A stretch of DNA of 64,000 nt from an uncultured Muribaculaceae bacterium (GTDB lineage Bacteria; Bacillota_I; Bacilli_A; RF39; UBA660): NCBI GenBank assembly GCA_964629735.1, contig CAZVQX010000002.1, positions 5,493 to 69,492 on the forward strand, given 5' to 3'. The position numbers were made by a program, and so were the translations under genes. The notes under the pieces were generated by a model. It did no database searches, had not been told where the DNA came from, and was given only the letters and a program-made list of their open reading frames with translations. This document shows positions 18,907 through 28,929 of the stretch, in pieces; the first letter of the stretch is position 1; every line of letters begins with the position of its first letter.

Positions 18907-19752
18907 TCAATATTTATCATTTAAATCTAAGTTATAAGTATTAATAGCAATACCTAAAACAAAAACATAAGATAAAATATACGCCCAGATCATAAGGACC
19001 ATAATCGATGATAAACTACCATAAAAAATATCATAATTAGCTATATTACTGGCATAATATGAATAGATTGAAGTTGCTACTAACCAAGAAAAAGTAGTGA
19101 AAACAGCACCTTTTCTAGTATTTTTACTTGTAACACTAATATCAGGAGCGATTGCGTATATAAAATTAATTGTAAAGAAAATAATAACAAAGCTAATTGG
19201 CCATTTTAATAATACAAATATTGAATACAATAGTTTTACTGTTTCTTTATTACTAATAAAGCTTAATAATAATTTTATTAAAACATTACCAAATGCTAAG
19301 ACAATTAATATAAACAAAAATAAAAATACTAATACAAATGATAAAATAAAAGCTTTTATTCTTCGTTTAATTTTAGATGATTCATCAATTTGATATAGTG
19401 TATTTGAAGCAATAATAACTGAATATAAGCCATTAGAAGCAATTACAAATCCTATTATTATAAATAGGCCAACATTAAAGTTAAAACCTTTACCCGATAT
19501 AATAGGTACTAATATCTTACTTACTTCTCTAGGAAATGTTCGATTCATAAAATTAATAAATGAAGCAATTGATATATTAAAAAAAGATGCAAAAAACACA
19601 AACAATGTAATTATGGGAACAATTGATAATACAAGTGAAAAGGCCAGATTACCTGGTAATATTTCCATTTCTGGTTTTTGAAATACGGTCGATAATTTTT
19701 GGCCTTCTTTAGTAGTAAAAATTTTTTTATTAGTCAATTTTTTGATCTTCAC
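18907..19752 (-). CDS. YihY/BrkB (ribonuclease BN-like) family membrane protein
   Basis: 281 aa, six predicted TM helices, typical YihY layout. Overlaps the GGDEF gene 3' end by 23 nt. Confidence 0.65.
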   Translation of the reverse strand: MKIKKLTNKKIFTTKEGQKLSTVFQKPEMEILPGNLAFSLVLSIVPIITLFVFFASFFNISIASFINFMNRTFPREVSKILVPIISGKGFNFNVGLFIIIGFVIASNGLYSVIIASNTLYQIDESSKIKRRIKAFILSFVLVFLFLFILIVLAFGNVLIKLLLSFISNKETVKLLYSIFVLLKWPISFVIIFFTINFIYAIAPDISVTSKNTRKGAVFTTFSWLVATSIYSYYASNIANYDIFYGSLSSIMVLMIWAYILSYVFVLGIAINTYNLDLNDKY

Positions 19753-21817
19753 TTTCTTTATTATCGCGCATATCTAATGTTGCTTCAATAATAGCATCAT
19801 CTACTGTTTTTATAGCGTCTACTATCATACTATAACCAATTGCAGCACCAAACCCGTGCGCTAATGACTTAAACTCTTTATTTAATTTACGAATATAAGA
19901 AACAACTTCTTTTTCTTCATGACCAACTAAATAAACAAGAAATTCATTACCATCAGTTCTTATAATATCACTGTTTTCAGTTTGATTTTTTATTAATATA
20001 TTAGCAGCATCTTTAATAACCATATCGCCTTCGCTATGACCATAGTTATCATTAATATATGCAATATTATTTAAGTCAATAATAACAATAGTTTGCGGAT
20101 ATACTTCACTCTCATCCCATATTTCTATATTATCATTTAAATAATTTCGATTTTTCAAAGATGTTAACAGATCAATATATTTTAATTTTTCTTCTTTTGA
20201 TAAAACGTTTTTGACTTTTTTCTTATCTTTACGAACAGATGTAAATAAAGCTGTAGTTGCACCAATAATTATAATTAATGATGTAAGAACAACTAAACTT
20301 TTAATTATAATTGGTTTTTTATCAATGTTAAATAGATTATAATACGCATCGTTTTCAATGCTTTTATTATTAACAAATGATAAATAAAAGTTAAAGAAAT
20401 CATTAAAGACTTTATTATCTTTTATATCCCTTGCTACAAAATTATAATTAGTTTTTAATTGTTCTTCATAATTAACTTGATAGTTTTTTAATTGATTATT
20501 TAAAAAATATTTATATACATTAGAATCAATAACAATAATTGAATCTTTGTTTATATTTTTTATTAATTCTAAAACATTATTAAATGATTTAACCTTTAAT
20601 TTTTGTTCCAACAAATAATTATTAATAACATCACCTTTTAATGTTAAAACTTCTACATTTTGTAATGAATTAAGTGAATTAATAATTAAATTGTTTTTAA
20701 TATGACTAACAACTACAAATGAGTTTGAATAAACTGGAATAGTGTTATAAATATCCATATCATATTCATTGATGCTAAGATTATTCATCATTAAATCTAG
20801 CTTATTACTATTAAAATCTTGTAACATCATTTTAATTGATTTATAACTCTTATAATTTATTTCAATATTAGCCATTTTAGAAAATGCTTTTAAAAATTCA
20901 CTGTTATAACCCTTTAATTTATTATTAATTAAAGTATCATATGGTGCATTTTCAACAAATCCATATGTATAACGTTTACTTCTAAAATCAACGCGTGATT
21001 TTTCCATAGTTTTGTTATAAGTAAAATAACTATTAGCTAAATGATTATTGTATTTACTTTCAAACTTTTCTTGTGACCATTTATCATAATATTTTTTCAA
21101 AATATTATTTAATTTATCTGTCTTTCCTAATGTTAAAACAATATACTTGTTCATTTCTGTTATGTTATAAGCAATATTTAATTTTGTTTCAATAATTTTT
21201 TCTAAATACATTGTTTTGGGTACAATTATAGCATTAATTGGATTAACTGTTTGATTAGTATTATCTTCACTTTCTATTTGAGCAGGCATCATATCATTAA
21301 ACATCTTATCTATATCATCATAAGTTTTAAAAACGTTATTAAATGAACCTTTTAAATAAGTATTAACAGTATCTACTTCTTTACTTAAAACCCCAATGGT
21401 TAATCCTTTTATTTCTTTTAAATCTTGAAATTTTTGTTTATTCCTAGTAACAATAACATATTCATCTTTATATAATAAAATATCGTTTTTAGTCAATTGA
21501 TCAACAACATTAAAAGAATATTCTGGAATATCTTTTTCATTATATTGAAAGGATACTTTATTGAGAACCAAACCTGTTGTATTTTCTAAACTTTTTAAAA
21601 AATCAAAGAAAACACCATTACCACCATAATTAAATATTGGAACATCGTTAATTAACCCAATATCAATTACACTATTTTTATTTTTATCAATCCATTGTTT
21701 TTCTATTAAGTTAAGCGTTGTTTTTTTGTCTTCTTTATTATATATAATATATATACTTCCGGCTAATAAAACTAATATTATAGCACTGATAATAATCATT
21801 ATTTTTTTATTTTTCAT
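19730..21817 (-). CDS. Sensor protein with an extracytoplasmic tandem solute-binding-like region flanked by two TM helices and a cytoplasmic GGDEF domain in which GGDEF is replaced by DGNEF
   Basis: GGDEF-domain signatures IIDLNNIAYINDNYGHSEGDMV and IIRTDGNEFLVYL. TM helices at residues about 5-25 and about 508-530. The region between them resembles SBP_bac_3-type binding domains. Confidence 0.7.
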   Translation of the reverse strand: MKNKKIMIIISAIILVLLAGSIYIIYNKEDKKTTLNLIEKQWIDKNKNSVIDIGLINDVPIFNYGGNGVFFDFLKSLENTTGLVLNKVSFQYNEKDIPEYSFNVVDQLTKNDILLYKDEYVIVTRNKQKFQDLKEIKGLTIGVLSKEVDTVNTYLKGSFNNVFKTYDDIDKMFNDMMPAQIESEDNTNQTVNPINAIIVPKTMYLEKIIETKLNIAYNITEMNKYIVLTLGKTDKLNNILKKYYDKWSQEKFESKYNNHLANSYFTYNKTMEKSRVDFRSKRYTYGFVENAPYDTLINNKLKGYNSEFLKAFSKMANIEINYKSYKSIKMMLQDFNSNKLDLMMNNLSINEYDMDIYNTIPVYSNSFVVVSHIKNNLIINSLNSLQNVEVLTLKGDVINNYLLEQKLKVKSFNNVLELIKNINKDSIIVIDSNVYKYFLNNQLKNYQVNYEEQLKTNYNFVARDIKDNKVFNDFFNFYLSFVNNKSIENDAYYNLFNIDKKPIIIKSLVVLTSLIIIIGATTALFTSVRKDKKKVKNVLSKEEKLKYIDLLTSLKNRNYLNDNIEIWDESEVYPQTIVIIDLNNIAYINDNYGHSEGDMVIKDAANILIKNQTENSDIIRTDGNEFLVYLVGHEEKEVVSYIRKLNKEFKSLAHGFGAAIGYSMIVDAIKTVDDAIIEATLDMRDNKESEDQKID

Positions 21818-21829
21818 GAAACCACCTTA

Positions 21830-22282
21830 CTACTTACTCCACTTAAATGCTGCTGACGTTTTATGTTTATATCCAAAAATTGGATATATTTCACTTTCTT
21901 TAGAATCACTATCAATAAATAGTTGAATATCAAAAAAATTAAGATCTGATTCTTGAAAATTTTCCAATATTTTTTGACCAATAGCTTGTGAACTAATTAA
22001 ATCTATTGTTTCATCAACTTTAACTGTAAAATTAACTACTCTTCCTTTTATATTTGATTTGACATCAACAACACCTTTAATATCTTTAATCTTTAAATTC
22101 GCCTTATTTAATCTATTATTATCAATATTATGTTTTTCGATTCCATCTAACCGACTACCATAATAACTTTTTCTACTATCTGGATATAATAATTCTTTAA
22201 GACCAAATAAGGTTAAAATAAGTAATATTAAAGCTACAAAAACTATTATGAATTTTACTTTATGTTTTTTTATATAATCCAT
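21830..22282 (-). CDS. Small membrane-anchored protein of unknown function
   Basis: 150 aa from the ATG at 22282 (MDYIKKHK), with a GGAGG SD 8 nt upstream. One N-terminal TM helix. First gene of the unit that includes the GGDEF and YihY genes. Confidence 0.4.
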   Translation of the reverse strand: MDYIKKHKVKFIIVFVALILLILTLFGLKELLYPDSRKSYYGSRLDGIEKHNIDNNRLNKANLKIKDIKGVVDVKSNIKGRVVNFTVKVDETIDLISSQAIGQKILENFQESDLNFFDIQLFIDSDSKESEIYPIFGYKHKTSAAFKWSK

Positions 22283-22305
22283 TTTGGTTCCTCCAATCGC
22301 CAAAC

Positions 22306-22334
22306 ATTATACTATAATTTTTATTAATGTGCAA
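22306..22334 (-). promoter_or_regulatory. Candidate sigma-70 promoter between gatB and the small membrane protein gene
   Basis: Minus strand: TTGCAC, 17 nt, TATAAT. Confidence 0.35.
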
Positions 22335-22335
22335 A

Positions 22336-23751
22336 TTAACGGTTAAGAGTTTCAACTAATAATTTATTTGCTAATTCTGGATTAACTTGCCCTTTGCTCT
22401 CTTTCATAATCTGACCCATTAAATATTTTAAAGCTCGATCTTGGCCGCTCTTATAATCATCAACTGATTTTGAATTATTGTTAATAACATTATTAATTAT
22501 TTTTAAGATTTCTTCTTCATTATTAATTTGTTTTAAACCAAGTTTATCTATTATATTTTGAATATTTTCTCCTGTTTCTAATAATAATGGAATAATAGTT
22601 TTTAATTGTTTTGAAGATATTTCATTTTTTTCATATCTATTAACTAAATCTTGAAAGTTATCTACAGTTAACTTTATGTTATTAAACTCAAGTTTATTTT
22701 TATTTAAATAACTACTAATTTCACCTGTTAAAATATTAGCACCAATCACAGGATTGATATTATTTATTATTTTTTCCAAAAACATACACATATCATAATT
22801 ACCAACAATTGTATTTATGTTGTTTTGATTAATACCTAAATCACTATACTTTTTTCTTAAATCCTTAGGCATATTTTGGATACTTCGTTGAACTTCTTTT
22901 ATTATATCATCAGTTAAATATATGTATGGGAGATTAGGCTCTGGATGATATCGATAATCAGTGTTTTCATCCTTAACTCTCATTAATAACGTCTTATTGG
23001 TACTATCATCAAATCGCCTTGTTTCAGCTATAACTTTTTTACCACTGCCTAATATTTCTTTTTGTCGATTTATTTCATATAAGATGCTTGTTCCTACATT
23101 GCTAACTGAACCAATATTTTTAATTTCAACTTTTGTCCCTAATTGATCACTTTCTTTTTCTTTTAAAGAAATATTAACATCACATCGCATACTACCTTCT
23201 TCAATCTTAACATCGCTAACCCCTAAATATAACAATGTTTCGCGAATAGTATCAACATATTTAACGGCTTCAATATCACTTGTTATAACTGGTTTAGTTA
23301 CTATTTCAATTAAAGGGACGCCCGCCCTATTAAAATCTAACAGGGTTCCTTTCTCACTATGAATACTCTTACAAGTATCCTCTTCAATATGGATTCTTTC
23401 TATCGCAATTTTTTTAAAATTACCATCAACTTCTATCTCAACATAACCATCATAACCTATTGGCGTCATATCTTGCGTTATTTGATAACCTTTAGATAAA
23501 TCAGGATAAAAATAATTTTTGCGATCAAAATGCATTTTTTTATTTATTTTACAATTAAATGCGAGTGCGGCTTTTAATGCCATGTTGACAACCTCTTTAT
23601 TTAAAGTTGGTAGCGTTCCCGGATAAGCTAAATCACCTAATGCAATATTTTCATTTGGAATTTCATTAAAACTATTTAATGAATTAGTAAACACTTTGCT
23701 TTGACTTTTTAATAAAACATGAATTTCAATTCCAATTGTTGGCTCAAGCAT
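22336..23751 (-). CDS. gatB: Asp-tRNA(Asn)/Glu-tRNA(Gln) amidotransferase subunit B
   Basis: MLEPTIGIEIHVLL... is a typical GatB N-terminus. 471 aa. Overlaps gatA by 8 nt. Confidence 0.9.
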   Translation of the reverse strand: MLEPTIGIEIHVLLKSQSKVFTNSLNSFNEIPNENIALGDLAYPGTLPTLNKEVVNMALKAALAFNCKINKKMHFDRKNYFYPDLSKGYQITQDMTPIGYDGYVEIEVDGNFKKIAIERIHIEEDTCKSIHSEKGTLLDFNRAGVPLIEIVTKPVITSDIEAVKYVDTIRETLLYLGVSDVKIEEGSMRCDVNISLKEKESDQLGTKVEIKNIGSVSNVGTSILYEINRQKEILGSGKKVIAETRRFDDSTNKTLLMRVKDENTDYRYHPEPNLPYIYLTDDIIKEVQRSIQNMPKDLRKKYSDLGINQNNINTIVGNYDMCMFLEKIINNINPVIGANILTGEISSYLNKNKLEFNNIKLTVDNFQDLVNRYEKNEISSKQLKTIIPLLLETGENIQNIIDKLGLKQINNEEEILKIINNVINNNSKSVDDYKSGQDRALKYLMGQIMKESKGQVNPELANKLLVETLNR

Positions 23752-25087
23752 TAAATTCGCCCCCTAACTCTAAATTTTCAAGTACAAGACCAAATTTATA
23801 TAATGATTCTTCACTTAAATTTTTTCCTAAAATACTTATATGTTTATTAAATAATGGCATTGATAAAACTGGTGTCCCTAGTATATTTGGTAATTTTAAT
23901 AATAATTCATCAGGATTAATAATTAAAATAAAATCATAATTTTGGAAAAATAATTTATATTCGTCAATTATTTTGGTCCTTAAAGCTAAAGCTTTGTAAT
24001 AATATTTCAAATTATCTTTACTTAAAACATATGCACCATTAATTATCAATTGTTTTATATTACGACCGAAACCATTAGTTCTTGTCTTTACATATATATC
24101 ATTATGACTATTGCCAGTCTCGCTATATCCATATCTAATTCCATCAAAGCGGGACATGTTTGAGCTTATTTCACCACTGGCGATAATATTATATACACTA
24201 CTTATATAATCTACATAAGGAATATTTACATATTCAACTGTAAAACCTTGTTTTTTTATTTCTTGAATTATATTTTTAAATAAATTATTTTCTCCTTCTG
24301 CTAAATTATCATTTAAATAATAATTAGGTATTGCTACTCTTTTATTTTTTAATTTCGTCTTTAAATTATTTATATTAAATTTATAATCCTTAACAGTCAT
24401 ATAATCTTTCTCATCAAAACCAATAATTGCATCAAACAAAATAGCATTATCTATTATGTTTTTACTAATAGGGGCAATTTGTTCAAAACTAGAGGTTGGT
24501 GATATTAAACCATATCTTGATACTAATCCATAAGTTGGTTTTAAACTAACAACTTGGCTAAGTGATGAAGCCAAACTTAAATTTTCATTAATAGATGTAG
24601 CCAAAGATATAGGAGTGTAACCCACACTAACGGAAACTACACTTCCCCCACTTCCACCTATATGTTCATCGTTTATTTTATTTTTAACTAAACCATAATA
24701 TCCTTCATCTAAACTAATATCAAACTCACTCATATTGGCTTTCCCAACAATAATCATATTTTTCTCTTTTACTCTTTCAACAACGCTAGCATCATAAATT
24801 GGATAAAAATTATCTAGCATAAGTGACCCACAACTCGTTTTAATACCTTTAGTTACTATGTTGTCGTTTATAACCAAAGGTATTGCAAATAAAAGATTGT
24901 CAACTTCTTTATTTTCTAATTCGTGTGCTTGTTTAATTGCACCTTCAATATCTAAGGTTATAAATGTATTAAATTGATCATTACTAACCTTTTCAACAAA
25001 TTCATTTACTAAATCAATTGGTAAAATCTTTTTGTTTTTTAATAACTCATTAATTTCTTTAATTGGTAAACTTAGATAATCACTCAT
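23744..25087 (-). CDS. gatA: Asp-tRNA(Asn)/Glu-tRNA(Gln) amidotransferase subunit A (divergent amidase-signature protein)
   Basis: Amidase signature GGSGGSVVSVSVG...LKPTYGLVSRYGLI. Position in a gatC-gatA-gatB operon. 447 aa, which is short compared with about 485 aa for typical GatA. Confidence 0.8.
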   Translation of the reverse strand: MSDYLSLPIKEINELLKNKKILPIDLVNEFVEKVSNDQFNTFITLDIEGAIKQAHELENKEVDNLLFAIPLVINDNIVTKGIKTSCGSLMLDNFYPIYDASVVERVKEKNMIIVGKANMSEFDISLDEGYYGLVKNKINDEHIGGSGGSVVSVSVGYTPISLATSINENLSLASSLSQVVSLKPTYGLVSRYGLISPTSSFEQIAPISKNIIDNAILFDAIIGFDEKDYMTVKDYKFNINNLKTKLKNKRVAIPNYYLNDNLAEGENNLFKNIIQEIKKQGFTVEYVNIPYVDYISSVYNIIASGEISSNMSRFDGIRYGYSETGNSHNDIYVKTRTNGFGRNIKQLIINGAYVLSKDNLKYYYKALALRTKIIDEYKLFFQNYDFILIINPDELLLKLPNILGTPVLSMPLFNKHISILGKNLSEESLYKFGLVLENLELGGEFNA

Positions 25088-25368
25088 TTTATCACCCTTG
25101 GCACTAAAATATAATCCCCTTCTCTATTAGGGGTATTTACTAAAATTTCTTCTTTTTTTATTGTGTTTTTTACTTTATCTTCATCAAAACAGTTAATTTG
25201 TTTTGATGGTGTAAAGGTAATCTCATCTTCACTTACTAATTGCTTTATTTTTTTAATATCTTCATACAGCTCATTTAAACTTTGTTCATAATAGATTAAT
25301 TCATCTTCTCTTACATTAATCATAACATTGTCTGCTACCTTTTTTATCATTTCTTTATTAATAATCAT
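25084..25368 (-). CDS. gatC: Asp-tRNA(Asn)/Glu-tRNA(Gln) amidotransferase subunit C
   Basis: 94 aa. Position immediately upstream of gatA with a 4-nt overlap. GatC-like charge pattern. Confidence 0.7.
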   Translation of the reverse strand: MIINKEMIKKVADNVMINVREDELIYYEQSLNELYEDIKKIKQLVSEDEITFTPSKQINCFDEDKVKNTIKKEEILVNTPNREGDYILVPRVIK

Positions 25369-25369
25369 T

Positions 25370-26413
25370 TTATCCTCCTATTATTGTCACAACACTCTTA
25401 GATGTATTACTATCTTTTGTAATTAGTGCAATTGTATCATTACTATTTTTAAAAGTTAATTTTACATAAATATTGTCATTAAAATTTGAACTTAGTTCTT
25501 CACCTACAAGCTTTGTTAAATATAATAACTCATCTTTATAATAAGTGTTATTATAAATGGTTATATCAATTTTTTGTAATTTATTATTATAATATAAACC
25601 TCGGCCAGTTAAATTAAGCGAATCAATTGCTTTTTTTAATTTTTGCTCAAAATTCGTAAAAGAATTATAAGTATTAATATCACTATTACTTACATGTTCC
25701 GATTTTAAATAATGATATTCATAACTTATTTTATTTAAATTTAAATTATCATTAGTAGTTAGTCCTATATATTTAATAGCGCCCGGGAGCATAGAATGTG
25801 GGCTGCTTAAAAAATAAACAGCAATTAATTTTTTAACATCTTTAAGTTCAGGAATATTATTAACATATTTAATAAGTTTGTTTGATTTATCAATAACTAC
25901 ATTATGCAAAATATCATCATTGATTTTTCGATGATTATAACTACCATACAAGCCTTTGTAAGCTTGATATGGATTAATTACTAAACCTAAAGTAATTCCT
26001 TTTAAGTTGCCATTACTAGCCAAATAATTTTGTTCAATTATTGTAGTAACATAATTAGGCTTAACTTTAATATCATCTATAATTATTTCTTTATCATTAT
26101 TTAAAACTTTATTAGATAATAATTCTTTTAATTGTTTTTCGCTAATATACTGTCCAGATTGGTATAGTGAATTAATTGGCTTAAAATAATTTTTTGACAA
26201 ATTTAATAAAGCATCTTCGGTTTCTGCATAATTATAATTATTTAAAAGGTTATTACTTATATAATTATTAGATACTGCTGACTTAAATGGAGTAAATACT
26301 TGATATTGCGAATCATCAAATAACACATCATAATTTTTAATTTCCTCTTTTTTAGGACGAACACAACCAGATATAAATAATAAAAAAATCATAATAAAGC
26401 CCAATTTTTTCAT
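25370..26413 (-). CDS. CamS/YerH-like lipoprotein
   Basis: Lipobox LFISGC after the signal peptide. 347 aa. Sits immediately upstream of gatCAB, as yerH (camS) does in Bacillus. Confidence 0.5.
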   Translation of the reverse strand: MKKLGFIMIFLLFISGCVRPKKEEIKNYDVLFDDSQYQVFTPFKSAVSNNYISNNLLNNYNYAETEDALLNLSKNYFKPINSLYQSGQYISEKQLKELLSNKVLNNDKEIIIDDIKVKPNYVTTIIEQNYLASNGNLKGITLGLVINPYQAYKGLYGSYNHRKINDDILHNVVIDKSNKLIKYVNNIPELKDVKKLIAVYFLSSPHSMLPGAIKYIGLTTNDNLNLNKISYEYHYLKSEHVSNSDINTYNSFTNFEQKLKKAIDSLNLTGRGLYYNNKLQKIDITIYNNTYYKDELLYLTKLVGEELSSNFNDNIYVKLTFKNSNDTIALITKDSNTSKSVVTIIGG

Positions 26414-26595
26414 AGTACCACCACATTTTAATTATAACATTAATATCTTTTTTTTTCTATATTTTATAATTAATTTTAATTAAACGATAGTACTAAATTT
26501 AGCTTATAAATCTTTAATTTATATATTAAAAAGTTTTTAGTCTTTTATCACATTATCTATTTTTTTACATATTTTAAAGTATGAGGAGTAAGAAT

Positions 26596-26841
26596 ATGGA
26601 AATATCATTATCTAAATTACCTTTTGGTAAATCAGCAATTGTTAAAAAAATTAAAAATGATGATTTTACTAAAAGACGATTATTAGATTTGGGACTTATT
26701 GAAGGTACTGAAATTAAAAGTGTACAAATAAGTCCATTTGGTGAACCTGTTGCCTATCTTATTAGAGGAGCCGTTATTGCTATAAGAAAGGAAATAACTG
26801 ATTTAATATTAGTTTGTCCTATTAGTGAGGTGAATATATAA
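26596..26841 (+). CDS. feoA: Ferrous iron transport protein A
   Basis: 81 aa from the ATG at 26596, with a GAGGAG SD 7 nt upstream. FeoA-like small SH3-type protein. Directly abuts feoB (TAAATG). Confidence 0.75.
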   Translation: MEISLSKLPFGKSAIVKKIKNDDFTKRRLLDLGLIEGTEIKSVQISPFGEPVAYLIRGAVIAIRKEITDLILVCPISEVNI

Positions 26842-28905
26842 ATGAATAATAATATTGTTGTAGCTTTAGCTGGAAACCCTAATGTTGGTAAAAGTACGAT
26901 TTTTAACAAACTTACTGGTTTAAAACAACACACTGGTAATTGGCCTGGTAAAACTGTATCCCAATCAATTGGCCATTTTGTTTTTAACAATAACCAATTT
27001 ATGGTTGTTGATCTACCTGGCACTTATTCACTTATGTCAAACTCACCAGAAGAAGAAATCGCTCGAGATTTTATTTGTTTTGAAAAACCTGATGTTACGG
27101 TTGTTGTGGTTGATGCAACTTGTTTGGAAAGAAATTTAAATTTAGTACTCCAAACTATGGAAATTACATCTAGAATAATAATATGTGTTAATTTAATGGA
27201 TGAAGCTAAACGGAAAGGAATTAAGATTGATTTAAAAGAGCTTGAAAAACAATTAGGAGTTAAAGTAATAGGAACGAGTGCGAATAAAGGATTTGGTATT
27301 AAAGATTTGAAGGGTGCTATTAATAATATAGTTAATAATAAAAATAAATTATTAAATTCTTTTGAGCATTACGATAATAATATAAGAGAAGAAATTCAGA
27401 AATTAAAAAAGACATTAAACATTAATAATGAATGGATTATCCTTAAGTTAATTGAAGGAAATGAAGATTTAAATATAAAAATTAATAATAAATTTAATTT
27501 AAAGTTAAATTACGAAAATATAAATGATTTAATAATGGATTCTAGAAATAGAATAATCAAAAATAATAACAACTTTAATATTCAAGAAATTCTTGTTGAA
27601 CAAATTGTTAAGAAAAGTGAATTCATTTTTAATAAAGTAGTTACCTCTAATAAAGATTATAATAAATTCGATAATACTATTGATAAATATTTAACGTCCA
27701 AATTATTTGGTATACCTATTATGATTTTGTTGTTTGGAATTATTTTTTTCATAACAATAAGCGGGGCGAATGTCCCTTCAGATATTCTGGCTAAATACTT
27801 ATTTAAACTTGGTAATTATTTTTCTGATTTTTTAAAATGGATTTCTCTTCCTATCTGGCTAAACGATATGATGATATATGGAATATATCGTACTTTAGCA
27901 TGGGTAGTATCCGTTATGTTGCCACCTATGGCTATATTTTTTCCGCTTTTTACTTTGTTAGAAGATTTAGGATATTTACCACGGATTGCTTTTAATTTAG
28001 ATAAACTCTTTAAAAAAGCCGGCACTTGTGGTAAGCAAGCATTAACAATGTGTATGGGGTTTGGTTGTAATGCGGCCGGGGTTGTCGGTTGTCGCATTAT
28101 AAATTCACCAAAAGAAAGATTAATTGCAATTATTACTAATAACTTTGTTCCTTGCAATGGACGATTCCCTATTTTAATTGCCGTTATTACTATGTTTTTT
28201 ACAAATGTTTTTTATAAACCTATCCAACCTTTTATGTTAACAATAATTTTAACACTTGTTATTATTTTTAGTATATTTATCACTTTAACAATCTCTAAAT
28301 TGTTATCAACAACTTTTTTAAAAGGTATTCCTTCAAACTTTACACTAGAACTTCCGCCCTATCGAAAACCACAAGTAAAAGATATTATTATTAGATCATT
28401 TATAGATCGAACATTGAAAGTTTTAGGTAGAGCCATTATAGTAGCAATACCGGCTGGCATTGTCATTTGGTTGATGGCTAATATTAATATTTATAATGCA
28501 AGTATTTTAACTTATTGTGCGGATTTTTTAAATCCTTTGGCCCAACTAATTGGAATGGACGGATATATACTAATGGCATTTATTTTAGGATTTCCAGCCA
28601 ATGAAATTGTTATACCTATCATCATTATGAGTTACATGGCTACTGGTAATATAACTGAATTAAATTCATTAAAAGAATTAAAAATATTATTTGTTGATAA
28701 TGGTTGGACTTGGTTAACTGCAATTTCAGTAATGCTTTTTACTTTAATGCACTGGCCTTGTGGAACAACATGCTTAACAATTAAGAAAGAAACCCAAAGT
28801 TTAAAATGGACCATTATTTCAATTTTAGTCCCTACGATAACAGGTATAATTATTTGTTTTGTTGGAATTAATTGTTTAAGATTAATACTTGCTTTTTTTG
28901 CATAA
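26842..28905 (+). CDS. feoB: Ferrous iron transport protein B
   Basis: N-terminal G-domain (ALAGNPNVGKSTIFN, DLPGTYSL), then a polytopic permease with Gate motifs. 687 aa. Confidence 0.9.
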   Translation: MNNNIVVALAGNPNVGKSTIFNKLTGLKQHTGNWPGKTVSQSIGHFVFNNNQFMVVDLPGTYSLMSNSPEEEIARDFICFEKPDVTVVVVDATCLERNLNLVLQTMEITSRIIICVNLMDEAKRKGIKIDLKELEKQLGVKVIGTSANKGFGIKDLKGAINNIVNNKNKLLNSFEHYDNNIREEIQKLKKTLNINNEWIILKLIEGNEDLNIKINNKFNLKLNYENINDLIMDSRNRIIKNNNNFNIQEILVEQIVKKSEFIFNKVVTSNKDYNKFDNTIDKYLTSKLFGIPIMILLFGIIFFITISGANVPSDILAKYLFKLGNYFSDFLKWISLPIWLNDMMIYGIYRTLAWVVSVMLPPMAIFFPLFTLLEDLGYLPRIAFNLDKLFKKAGTCGKQALTMCMGFGCNAAGVVGCRIINSPKERLIAIITNNFVPCNGRFPILIAVITMFFTNVFYKPIQPFMLTIILTLVIIFSIFITLTISKLLSTTFLKGIPSNFTLELPPYRKPQVKDIIIRSFIDRTLKVLGRAIIVAIPAGIVIWLMANINIYNASILTYCADFLNPLAQLIGMDGYILMAFILGFPANEIVIPIIIMSYMATGNITELNSLKELKILFVDNGWTWLTAISVMLFTLMHWPCGTTCLTIKKETQSLKWTIISILVPTITGIIICFVGINCLRLILAFFA

Positions 28906-28929
28906 AAAAAACAAGTATTAACTTGTTTA
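28904..28929. terminator. Bidirectional terminator between feoB (+) and efp (-)
   Basis: A8 run, then the ACAAGT-atta-ACTTGT hairpin, then TTAT. On the minus strand the hairpin is followed by T9. Confidence 0.6.

Noticed and set aside
16155-22282. The three short N-anchored proteins of unknown function (16155-16778, 21830-22282, 40788-41432) as secreted toxins or effectors
   Set aside because: They have no recognisable domain, no nearby immunity or secretion genes, and are co-transcribed with envelope genes. They are most simply envelope-associated accessory proteins.
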